Below the pieces are notes generated by a model that had not been told where the DNA came from, ran no database searches, and saw only the letters and a list, made by a program, of their open reading frames with translations. A stretch of DNA of 64,000 nucleotides from Patescibacteria group bacterium (GTDB taxonomy: Bacteria; Patescibacteriota; Microgenomatia; 2-02-FULL-39-11): NCBI GenBank assembly GCA_023379265.1, contig JAMCUI010000009.1, positions 100,091-164,090 of the forward strand, in the 5' to 3' direction. The translations under genes were made by a program, and so were the position numbers. How positions within the stretch are numbered: position 1 is the first letter of the stretch; every line of letters starts with the position of its first letter. Below are positions 20,357-29,241 of the stretch, piece after piece.

Positions 20357-21226
20357 GTGAATTATTCTCCAAAAGAAAATAATACTTTTAGGTTGCGCGA
20401 TGGCAGGGTATTGGGATATGCACAGTATGGGGATCCGAAGGGGAAACCTGTTTTCTTCTTTCATGGTTGGCCAGGATCCCGTTTCTCAGGAAAAGAAACA
20501 GATGATGCTGGGAAAAAAATCGGCGCAAGAATTATTTCCACTGACAGGCCTGGAATAGGGTTATCTACTTACAAAAAAGACAGGAAACTACTGGACTGGC
20601 CGGATGATGTAGTAGAGTTAGCAGATCACATGAAAATAAAAAAGTTTTCCCTGGTGGGAGTCTCAGGCGGCGGACCTTATGTTGCCGTATGTGCATATAA
20701 AATTCCAGAAAGGATAATAAAAGCAGGAATTGTGGTGGGGTTGGCACCGGTGGATGTGAAGGGAAATCTTGACGGGATGGCTTTACAAAGCCAGTTAGGG
20801 TTTGGTAACTATCATAAGTTTCCTCTTCTTCGTACTCTGGCTGCATTTGGGGCGGCGCTACAGTTTGCATATTTTCCTCTTCTTGGACAATTAGCTTTTC
20901 CTACCAAAGAAGACAAACAGTTATTTAACAAGTCTGTCAGAGAGGGAAGAGGAGAAGGAGACGGGATAAAAGGAGCATTCCGTCAGGGCATAAGAGGCCC
21001 GGAACTGGAGCTGAAAATATATACTGATGATTGGGGATTTAAAGTAAAGGATATAAAAGCAAAAGTCTATCTCTGGTATGGAGCGAAAGACAAATGCGTC
21101 TCCATAAATATGGGCAAGTATTACAATTTACATATAAAAGGAAGTAAGTTATTTATAGATCCTGATGGAGTACATCTGTCCAGGTATAAATTTGAAGAAA
21201 AAATACTGAAAAAGTTGATTGATTAA
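20357..21226 (+). CDS. Alpha/beta hydrolase
   Basis: FFHGWPGS, DRPGIG, GVSGGG nucleophile elbow. Confidence 0.92.
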   Translation: MNYSPKENNTFRLRDGRVLGYAQYGDPKGKPVFFFHGWPGSRFSGKETDDAGKKIGARIISTDRPGIGLSTYKKDRKLLDWPDDVVELADHMKIKKFSLVGVSGGGPYVAVCAYKIPERIIKAGIVVGLAPVDVKGNLDGMALQSQLGFGNYHKFPLLRTLAAFGAALQFAYFPLLGQLAFPTKEDKQLFNKSVREGRGEGDGIKGAFRQGIRGPELELKIYTDDWGFKVKDIKAKVYLWYGAKDKCVSINMGKYYNLHIKGSKLFIDPDGVHLSRYKFEEKILKKLID

Positions 21227-21768
21227 TTTTGTTTTCCTTCAATAAGAAAAAGAAGTTTTTTGACTGTGTTGAAATTTCTGATAGTGATTTTTTTGTAAAT
21301 TTTTTTACTGACGAGCTTTGAGAAGCCGCTTTTTGTTATACCTTCTAGTTTTGTCGTCATATAAAGTACTCCCTCGCTGGTTTTGAGAAAATCCACTCCT
21401 TCTTTTAACGTAATTTCCTTCTCCACATCTTTTTCAGATGTTGGTTCTTTGACAAAAGCGATGTAACAACGTATACCGTTTGTCTTTTTCCAATCAGTTG
21501 GTACGTTATTTACGATTTCCTTCAGTTGTAAATGACTTTTGACGACAACAGATACAGGAATATTAAATGAAAGGATAAGTTCTTTTTCAATCTTTTGTAC
21601 AATCGTTGTTATATTTTTTTCCTTCGAGTCGAAAATGATATTACCGCTTTGGATATAAGTACTTACATTTTGAAATCCTGCTTTTTCCATAACAGCTTTA
21701 AGAATGGGCATTCTGATAATGCTTTTTCCACCGACATTTATTCCCCGAAGAAGTGCAATATATCTCAC
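21223..21768 (-). CDS. DUF1697 family protein
   Basis: RYIALLRGINVGG, TYIQSGN, TIRNFNTV; start reassigned to GTG 21768 because the longer ORF overlaps the upstream gene. Confidence 0.85.
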   Translation of the reverse strand: MRYIALLRGINVGGKSIIRMPILKAVMEKAGFQNVSTYIQSGNIIFDSKEKNITTIVQKIEKELILSFNIPVSVVVKSHLQLKEIVNNVPTDWKKTNGIRCYIAFVKEPTSEKDVEKEITLKEGVDFLKTSEGVLYMTTKLEGITKSGFSKLVSKKIYKKITIRNFNTVKKLLFLIEGKQN

Positions 21769-21805
21769 AAATTTGTGTTTATAGTGAATATTATTTTTAG
21801 AAGAT

Positions 21806-22219
21806 TTATTTGTTTTTATATACTCCCCAGCCAAATGCGAGGAGTGTGATGATAAAACAAACAGCCATGATAAATGAATAAGTATCAGACTGTGAAGGCA
21901 CAAATACTGCTCCGGCGACTTCCGCAATAAGTATAGCCAATGTTCCCACAACCGATACTTTTATCCAATTCGCATCTTTATATCTGACTGATCTAACTAC
22001 CAGAACCGTCAAGCCCAAAAGCAGACCGGTTCCTACAAGAATATGCAATGCCAAAGGCGGTTGACTCCAAGCAAATTCCCACATTTGTCTTTCGCCTGTA
22101 TTCTGAGGGAATTGAACAAACAGGTTGGTAAACATACCGAGGAGATACTGAATGACAAGAAAGACGATAAGGAAAACGTCATGCGGTATAAGCTTATTTT
22201 TCTCTTTAATATATTTCAT
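21806..22219 (-). CDS. Hypothetical 4-TM membrane protein
   Basis: Four hydrophobic segments; QYLLGMFTNLFV. Confidence 0.7.
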   Translation of the reverse strand: MKYIKEKNKLIPHDVFLIVFLVIQYLLGMFTNLFVQFPQNTGERQMWEFAWSQPPLALHILVGTGLLLGLTVLVVRSVRYKDANWIKVSVVGTLAILIAEVAGAVFVPSQSDTYSFIMAVCFIITLLAFGWGVYKNK

Positions 22220-22335
22220 TATACTAAATTATTGTGAAATAATTCACAATTTTACATAAATAAGATCCGATTTTAAGACCAATTTTATTTATCCTATAGC
22301 TTTTTGGCGCTGAAATGATACACTTAGGAGACTAT

Positions 22336-23451
22336 ATGCGGGAATTTACCCATCAATCTAGATTTATGCTCACAGGTCTTGTTCCCAAAGGGACAGATGA
22401 TGAATCGCTCATTGCTGGGATGGAGGAACTTGAATCTCTCATAAAAACATACGGAGGCTTGGTTTGTGCCGCAACAGTACAGAAAGCGGATTATCCACAT
22501 AGGGAGACTTTTGTCGGGGCAGGAAAAGCGCAAGAAATAGCAGATACTATTGCGGCTGAAAGGATAGATGTAGTTGTCATAAATAATATAGTTAAACCAG
22601 GGCAGCTTTATACTCTTGAAAAGATTTTTTATCGGTCAAATCCAAATATAAAGGTATGGGATAGGGTAAACCTTATACTGCAGATTTTTTCTCTTCACGC
22701 GCGTACAAAGGAAGCAAAACTTCAGATAGATCTGGCAAACCTGAGACATATGGGTTCGCGACTCTTTGGCATGGGTTATATTTTGTCCCGGCAGGGAGGA
22801 GGAATAGGTACAGTGGGGGTGGGAGAAACCAATACCGAGCTTATGAAACGCCATTGGAGAAATGAAATGAGAAATATCGGAAAAGAATTGTCAAAGCTTT
22901 CTAAAGGTCGGGAAAACCAGATAGAAAAAAGGAAGAGGGCAGGGTATCTCACAGCTGCCATTGTCGGTTATACCAATGCAGGCAAAACAATGCTTTTCAA
23001 CAGGCTGACTGGTAAAGTTAATCTGGTTGCGGACGCGCTTTTTGCCACACTGGACAGCAGTGTTGGTAAGATGGTTATTCCAGGCATCAGAGATGATGTC
23101 ATAGTTTCAGATACCATAGGATTTATAAGGAATTTACCTACAGGGTTGGTGGACGCCTTCAAGTCTACGCTTTTAGAATCCATCCATGCAGACCTGCTTT
23201 TAATAGTTGTTGACAGTTCGGATCCAGAGTACGGAGATAAAGTCCGGACTGTTGATAACGTTCTCTTGGAATTAGGACTTGATGAGAAGAAGAGGTTTTA
23301 TGTTTTCAATAAAATAGATAAAGTAGTCGCACCGGAAAAGGTCGGTTCGGCAAAGCAATACGCTCCTATGCCTGCTGTTTTCATCTCGGCAAAAACAGGT
23401 CAGGGGATGGAAGGGCTTACCAAACTCATTTTACAAAGTTTGCATGGATAG
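22336..23451 (+). CDS. hflX: Ribosome-splitting GTPase HflX
   Basis: EAKLQIDLA, LSRQGGGIG..GVGET, VGYTNAGKT, LFATLD, DTIGFI, NKID; start placed after AGGAGA. Confidence 0.95.
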   Translation: MREFTHQSRFMLTGLVPKGTDDESLIAGMEELESLIKTYGGLVCAATVQKADYPHRETFVGAGKAQEIADTIAAERIDVVVINNIVKPGQLYTLEKIFYRSNPNIKVWDRVNLILQIFSLHARTKEAKLQIDLANLRHMGSRLFGMGYILSRQGGGIGTVGVGETNTELMKRHWRNEMRNIGKELSKLSKGRENQIEKRKRAGYLTAAIVGYTNAGKTMLFNRLTGKVNLVADALFATLDSSVGKMVIPGIRDDVIVSDTIGFIRNLPTGLVDAFKSTLLESIHADLLLIVVDSSDPEYGDKVRTVDNVLLELGLDEKKRFYVFNKIDKVVAPEKVGSAKQYAPMPAVFISAKTGQGMEGLTKLILQSLHG

Positions 23452-23556
23452 GAATAGGGAAACCCTGCTGGAAAAAATCTGGTCGTATGTCTCCTGAAGA
23501 TTAAAATTAGTTTATGTAATTGACTTTACCCGGATTTACTGTTAAGGTAGCTTACG

Positions 23557-23664
23557 ATGTCTTTTAAAAAACATGGTACCAGGAAGAAACCGCATTCATT
23601 TCTTATAAGAAAAAAAATCCATGGACGGGTGAAAGCTCTTCTTCGGAAAAGAAGAGTCAGATAG
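23557..23664 (+). CDS. 35-aa basic protein resembling ribosomal protein bL34
   Basis: MSFKKHGTRKKPHSFLIRKKIHGRVKALLRKRRVR; own promoter TTGACT (23520) -17- TAAGGT (23543); below the ORF-track cutoff. Confidence 0.5.
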   Translation: MSFKKHGTRKKPHSFLIRKKIHGRVKALLRKRRVR

Positions 23665-23688
23665 CCTTACATATATCCTATAGTCATA

Positions 23689-23717
23689 TTGACTTCATCT
23701 TCGGGTTAGTGTATAAT
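23689..23717 (+). promoter_or_regulatory. Near-consensus sigma70 promoter of the DEAD-box helicase leader
   Basis: TTGACT -17- TATAAT. Confidence 0.8.
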
Positions 23718-23728
23718 ATATTCATCGG

Positions 23729-23866
23729 TAAACAGATTTAATCAATAAATCTGTTTAGATCAGATTTTGTTTTAAGCAGTTCTATAGATAAAGATACCCT
23801 AACTTTTTTTCCGTATCTTTTCCCCTTCTTAACTCACTTCTCATTTAGACAGTTTTCTTGGTTTAA
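23729..23866 (+). ncRNA. Candidate structured 5' leader RNA, copy 1 (upstream of the DEAD-box helicase)
   Basis: Homologous to 42497-42641; 12-bp hairpin TAAACAGATTTA/TAAATCTGTTTA, stem AAAGATAC/GTATCTTT, alternative helix 23751-23764 with 23839-23852. Confidence 0.7.
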
Positions 23867-24067
23867 CCCGCTTTAGCGAAATTCCCCGACCCGCTTCGTC
23901 CAACCTTAAGCGAGGCAAGTCGTAAGATCGAGGGATGCAGAGACCTTTTTTCGCTTCGGCGAGGTTTACACTCTGATGAAGCGCGTTATTAAGATTACCA
24001 GACCGTTAGGTTGTGGGAGCTTCAACTGTTCCGGTGAATTACTGTTTCAGATTAATTAGAAGGAAAA

Positions 24068-25369
24068 ATGTATAAACATAATTTCCAAAAGAGATACGGC
24101 AGGTTAGGTTTTGGCGGATTCCACCGCAGACACGGTTTTAACCGACGCGGAAGTAGCGCCGGTCGAAGGATAAATGCCGTAAGCCGCAGGTCAGATATTG
24201 GCCCATCGGTGTATATAAGAAAGCGAAATAATACAGGTCTAAGGGAAAATGCCGTAAGCCGCAGAACTATTGTTGATCCCTCAAGATACATCAGTAGTGA
24301 AAATACCCAGCCTATCCAGGAAAAATATACTTCACAGCACAGTTTTGATGATTTTCCTATAGACAACAGGTTAATACAAAATATATATGCCCGCGGTTAT
24401 GAAAAGCCAACACCAATTCAGGATCAGGCGATTTTTCCCATACTGGAAGGAAGAGATGTAGTTGGTATTGCCAATACTGGCACCGGCAAAACAGCAGCAT
24501 TTCTCATCCCGGTCATAAACAAGATTTTGAATGAAAGCGCAAATAAGGTACTTATCGTCATCCCTACAAGGGAGCTGGCAGTACAGATAGATGATGAGTT
24601 CCGGGCGATATCAAAAGGTTTAGCTATCACATCACTTCTTTGTATCGGGGGAGTCAGCATCAATCGTCAGATTTTCAGCCTACAGCAAAATCCCAGTATT
24701 ATAATAGGTACTCCAGGCAGGCTAAAGGATCTTTCCCAGAGGAGATTTCTGGACCTTTCTAATTTCAAGACTATTATACTTGATGAGGTCGACAGGATGG
24801 TGGATATAGGCTTTATACAGGATATAAAGTATATTGTTTCCCTCCTTTCACGACCGCGGCAGTCACTTTTCTTTTCCGCGACAATCTCTCCCGACGTTGG
24901 TAGTATTATACAGTCGTTTCTTACAAATCCTGTCACGATAAAAGTAAAAGTGCAAGAAACTTTGCCCCAGATAGAACAGGATGTGATAAGGGTAAGGGAT
25001 AAGAATGAAAAGCTTCAGAAATTGGACGAAATGCTTCGTCAGGAGGAGTTCAAAAAAGTGCTTATATTCGGTAGGACCAAGTGGGGAGTGGAAAGACTGT
25101 CTAGGTCGCTGCAACAGAAAGGCTTCAATGCAGCATCCATTCACGGGAATAAGTCACTAAATCAGCGTCTGCGGGTACTAACGCAGTTTAAGCTGAACCA
25201 GCTGCATATTCTGGTGGCAACAGATGTAGCGGCAAGAGGACTTGACATAGAGAATGTGTCACATGTGATAAATTTTGACGAGCCTTCTTCTTATACAGAT
25301 TATGTGCATAGGATTGGCAGAACCGGTAGGGCGCAGAAATCTGGGAAGGCGCTGACGTTTGTGGGTTAG
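24068..25369 (+). CDS. DEAD-box RNA helicase
   Basis: PTPIQ, ANTGTGKT, PTRELA, GTPGR, DEVD, SAT, ARGLD, HRIGRTGR; Arg/Gly-rich N-terminus. Confidence 0.96.
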   Translation: MYKHNFQKRYGRLGFGGFHRRHGFNRRGSSAGRRINAVSRRSDIGPSVYIRKRNNTGLRENAVSRRTIVDPSRYISSENTQPIQEKYTSQHSFDDFPIDNRLIQNIYARGYEKPTPIQDQAIFPILEGRDVVGIANTGTGKTAAFLIPVINKILNESANKVLIVIPTRELAVQIDDEFRAISKGLAITSLLCIGGVSINRQIFSLQQNPSIIIGTPGRLKDLSQRRFLDLSNFKTIILDEVDRMVDIGFIQDIKYIVSLLSRPRQSLFFSATISPDVGSIIQSFLTNPVTIKVKVQETLPQIEQDVIRVRDKNEKLQKLDEMLRQEEFKKVLIFGRTKWGVERLSRSLQQKGFNAASIHGNKSLNQRLRVLTQFKLNQLHILVATDVAARGLDIENVSHVINFDEPSSYTDYVHRIGRTGRAQKSGKALTFVG

Positions 25370-25467
25370 ATAGAAGAAGCTTTTCAAATTGAATCCGTTT
25401 ATTATCAGTATTTGTTGACGGCTTCCAGGTAGGAATTTCAAAATAGTTCTTGACCAGATTTTTCCTT

Positions 25468-26445
25468 ATGAATACTGCTTTTCATTTTCAAGACGAGTCA
25501 TTATGGGAAGAATTTGCTGCACTGAAAAAATCCGCAGACATAAAAAGGAACGATGCTCTTAAAAAAAGAATTACCTATCAGCCCCGCGCTACGGATTTGG
25601 AGTTTTTACTTGGTGCATTTATGGAGATGTATGAGTTTCATTTGCACGGTATAATCCATAAACTTATTGCAAAGGGATATGCAGTTGATGCTTCATCCGG
25701 CTTCGGCGGAAAAAATTCTGAATTCCAGATGTTAACAGGAGAGTTTTCTATAGATTTTGTCACCAAAAATAAGCTGGAAAAGATGGGTGTGAAATTCCGG
25801 GAGTTTAACGGCATGAAATCGCTTGTCTTTTGGCCTCAGAAAGCGACGATTGATGATATAAAGGGAGACTGGATGAAGGTCGTAAATGCGCTTCCAGATA
25901 AAGGGAAATTGGTTTTCCCGTCTTCAAGCGCTGAGGCCGTTTCTTTCCGGAGAAAATATGTTCCCAAGGATTCAAATCTGCAGAAAGAAAGACTTTTTGA
26001 GAAATTAAAGTTCAGTATTCAGCAAAGAGTATATTCCGAGACTAAAAAGAGGCAAAAGGAAAGCCCGCGTCCCGATAAAATAGAAATAATGCTTGGCTTT
26101 TTTATAGAGGAGATAGAACCTCAGGTAAGGCAGGCGGTTATTAGCATGAATAAAAAGGGTTATTCTACTGACAGATCAGGATTTTCTGATAATCCGTGTG
26201 AACAAATAGTGGAAGGTGATTTTCGAGTTGGTGAAGAAACAGTAAAAATGTTGGAGGATGTAGGAGTACAATTGGAAACAAATCCCAGCGGTTACACCAG
26301 AATGAAATTCTTACCGTTGGAGGCGGATATACCCAAAATCAAGAAGCAATGGGATAAAATAGTTTCTCTATTACCGAATAAAAATCAGACTGCATCATTC
26401 TCCATGACCAGAAAAGCCAGGGAATTCAGGTTGTCATATCAGTGA
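25468..26445 (+). CDS. Hypothetical protein with tandemly duplicated domain
   Basis: KGY...SGF...GxF...W.K.V..LP.K.......S..A..FR occurs twice; alternative TTG start at 25450. Confidence 0.75.
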   Translation: MNTAFHFQDESLWEEFAALKKSADIKRNDALKKRITYQPRATDLEFLLGAFMEMYEFHLHGIIHKLIAKGYAVDASSGFGGKNSEFQMLTGEFSIDFVTKNKLEKMGVKFREFNGMKSLVFWPQKATIDDIKGDWMKVVNALPDKGKLVFPSSSAEAVSFRRKYVPKDSNLQKERLFEKLKFSIQQRVYSETKKRQKESPRPDKIEIMLGFFIEEIEPQVRQAVISMNKKGYSTDRSGFSDNPCEQIVEGDFRVGEETVKMLEDVGVQLETNPSGYTRMKFLPLEADIPKIKKQWDKIVSLLPNKNQTASFSMTRKAREFRLSYQ

Positions 26446-26638
26446 ATATTATAGTGTGAGGTTTAATAAAGTAGATATAAGTTTAGTTTGTGGTGGATTT
26501 TCCCTATTTTCCGTAACGGATAATTTTCACTTTTTCCTCATCAACTGACGATATTATAATCGGTTTTGAGGCATTTAGCCATACCGTGATAGTTTGCTAT
26601 ACTTATGAAATGGTCAGCCGCAAGTAACCAAATAGAAT

Positions 26639-27805
26639 ATGGAAAAAAAGGATAATCAACTGGACAATTATTCGCTTAAAGAACTTATTTTGTATTTCTT
26701 CAAGATAGGCATGATAGGTTTCGGGGGTTCTGTAGCTTTGGCTAGAATGATGCAAGATGATTTGGTTAAAAAGAAAAGATGGATAAGCGAAAGAAGATAT
26801 TTGCGCGGTCTAGCGCTATCACAGCTGGCTCCTGGTCCGCTTTCAACCCAATTGGCTATATACATTGGATATAGAAAAGGGAAAGTAAAAGGGGCGACGC
26901 TAGCAGGGATATTTTTTATGTTACCCTCATTTCTTATAGTGCTTCTTATCAGTTATTTCTATTCATTTTCAAAAAATATTAGCTTTATTCAAGCAATGCT
27001 TTATGGTTTTGGAGCATCGATAATTGGTATTGTGGCATCTTCCACAATAAATCTGTCCCGTCCGATCGTAAAAAAAAGATTTTCATGGCTGATAGTTCTT
27101 GTCATGTTTATATTGACAGGTATCACAAAACAGGAAAATGTATTTTATTTTCTTCTGGCTGGAATTGCAACGATATTGATTTATGCACCTTCGGATAAAT
27201 TTTCCCTGAAGAAACTACAGATGGTAATTCCGAGTATTTCGTTATTTTCTTACAACAATGTTAATAACATAAAGACGTTACTTCTCGTAGCGCTTTTTTT
27301 CCTGCAGGTTGGTACACTTGCCTTTGGTGGTGGATATGCCATTTTGCCACTTCTTGAGACAGGCGCAGTCAATCATTACCACTGGATTACCAATAAGGAA
27401 TTTCTGGATGCAGTGGCTGTAGCCATGATTACGCCGGGTCCGACGGTTATTGCTGCAACTTTTATCGGTTATCTCACGGCTGGATTTTTTGGAGCTTTGA
27501 TAGCAACAGTGGCTATCCTTTTACCAATATATCTTATCGTTATCATATTGTCTCCATTTTTCGACCGTCATTCAGAAAATCCTCAGCTTTCTGCTTTTGT
27601 GGAAGGGGTGACCGCGGCAGCAATTGGAGCTATAGCCGGTTCAGTGTTGCTTTTGGGAAAGGATTCAATTGTTGACCAAGCAACAATAGTTATTGCGGCA
27701 GTATCATTTATTCTTACGCAGCGTTTTAAGGTTCCTGAGATAATTACTGTTCTACTTTCAGGGTTTGTAGGATTACTTTTTTATCATTCACATTTCCGTT
27801 TGTAA
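26639..27805 (+). CDS. chrA: Chromate efflux transporter (CHR family, long form)
   Basis: KIGMIGFGG, SQLAPGP, AFGGGY, MITPGP. Confidence 0.92.
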   Translation: MEKKDNQLDNYSLKELILYFFKIGMIGFGGSVALARMMQDDLVKKKRWISERRYLRGLALSQLAPGPLSTQLAIYIGYRKGKVKGATLAGIFFMLPSFLIVLLISYFYSFSKNISFIQAMLYGFGASIIGIVASSTINLSRPIVKKRFSWLIVLVMFILTGITKQENVFYFLLAGIATILIYAPSDKFSLKKLQMVIPSISLFSYNNVNNIKTLLLVALFFLQVGTLAFGGGYAILPLLETGAVNHYHWITNKEFLDAVAVAMITPGPTVIAATFIGYLTAGFFGALIATVAILLPIYLIVIILSPFFDRHSENPQLSAFVEGVTAAAIGAIAGSVLLLGKDSIVDQATIVIAAVSFILTQRFKVPEIITVLLSGFVGLLFYHSHFRL

Positions 27806-27888
27806 TTTTTTGTTATCGCAAGGTTTATACTCATTAAATAATTTCCTGCTGATCGACTTGACGGATTTAAATCTGCTAACATATCAAC

Positions 27889-29124
27889 ATGGTGAAATTT
27901 TTCCATCCCAACAACCGTATAGTTTTTATTCTTCTGACAATGTTTCTGAATTTTCTGGGATTTTCTATCCTTTTTCCCATTATACCGTTTATGGTTGGAA
28001 ACTATATTTCCGATTCCCATGCTTTGGCTCTTTATGTAGGTCTTCTTCTTTCCATCTATGCTTTGTGCCAGTTTTTCGCGGCTCCCGCCTTGGGTGCTTT
28101 AAGCGATAGGTTCGGACGCAAGCCGATTCTCCTGATCAGCCTTTTTGGGTCATTTGTAGGGTATCTCATTTTGGGATTTGCGGGAGCTTTATGGATGTTG
28201 TTTTTAGGCAGGATAATAGATGGTTTGACGGGAGGCAATATCAGTACTATTTATGCCTATATGGCAGATATCACTAAGCCTCAGGAAAGGGGAAAATATT
28301 TTGGGCTTTTGGGAGCTGCAGGAGGTGCCGGGATGATCTTCGGCCCGGCGATAGGAGGTTATTTAGGGACTTTTCATCTTTCAGTTCCGCTTTTTATTGC
28401 TGCGGCAGTGACGCTTCTTGATATACTTTTTGGATATTTTGTCCTGCCGGAGAGTCTTTCTGCAGAACATAAAATTGATCATTTTGATTTGACTCATCTG
28501 AACCCTTTCCAACAATTTTCACATGTATTTTCTCTTTCAATTTTGAAGAGGTTATTTTTAGTAGGTTTTATTTTCTTTGTTGCCATGAATGGGATGTATG
28601 GCACAAACGCGGTATTTCTGAAAGACGTCTTTGTCTGGAATACTGCACAGATTGGAACGATACTTTTTATGATCGGTTTTGTGGATATATTCAGCCAGGG
28701 GTTCCTCATAAATAAACTTTTGCCCAAATTCGGGGAAACTAAAGTAGCAATTTTGGGATTAGTGATGACATTGATAGGGTTTTTTATGGCATCGGCTACC
28801 TCTTTTCTTACTCTTCCTTTTCTTATCTATTTTGCACTTATAATTCTCAATATAGGCGATGGTCTGTTTGAACCAAGTCAAAATGGATTGATGTCAAACT
28901 CTGTTGGTCCCAGGATGCAGGGACGGGTCCAAGGAGCAAATCAAGGCATGCAGTCCATAGCAAGAATTGTTGGTCCGTTTATTGCCGCCTACATATACCG
29001 TTACTGGAGGGGACTGCCTTTTTTCTCAGAAGGAATATTTGTGGTAATTGCACTGATAATATTATTTTTTTCCATTTCCACCATAATGTCACATAAGATT
29101 ACAGAAGAAGTTAATACTGTATAA
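27889..29124 (+). CDS. MFS drug:H+ antiporter (TetA-like DHA1)
   Basis: LGALSDRFGRKP, GRIIDGLTGGN, FGPAIGG, LPESL. Confidence 0.92.
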   Translation: MVKFFHPNNRIVFILLTMFLNFLGFSILFPIIPFMVGNYISDSHALALYVGLLLSIYALCQFFAAPALGALSDRFGRKPILLISLFGSFVGYLILGFAGALWMLFLGRIIDGLTGGNISTIYAYMADITKPQERGKYFGLLGAAGGAGMIFGPAIGGYLGTFHLSVPLFIAAAVTLLDILFGYFVLPESLSAEHKIDHFDLTHLNPFQQFSHVFSLSILKRLFLVGFIFFVAMNGMYGTNAVFLKDVFVWNTAQIGTILFMIGFVDIFSQGFLINKLLPKFGETKVAILGLVMTLIGFFMASATSFLTLPFLIYFALIILNIGDGLFEPSQNGLMSNSVGPRMQGRVQGANQGMQSIARIVGPFIAAYIYRYWRGLPFFSEGIFVVIALIILFFSISTIMSHKITEEVNTV

Positions 29125-29241
29125 TCGATGCAAAATTGCCTCTTCAATTTTAATTATCTAAGAATTCAATTAATAACATGACTAAGAAGTGGAAAATCTG
29201 CAACAAGGGACATAAATTCCAGGGGTACGGGTTTTGTCCAG

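Noticed and set aside
21769-21951. N-terminal extension of the DUF1697 ORF
   Set aside because: It overlaps the upstream gene; the family starts at (M)RYIALLRGINVGG.
982-22300. Integrative element at tRNA-Gln
   Set aside because: No integrase, and no repeat of the tRNA 3' end was found by eye; only accessory-like gene content.
23870-24040. Hammerhead ribozyme suggested by CTGATGA near 23973
   Set aside because: No correctly placed stem II plus GAAA and cleavage triplet could be built.
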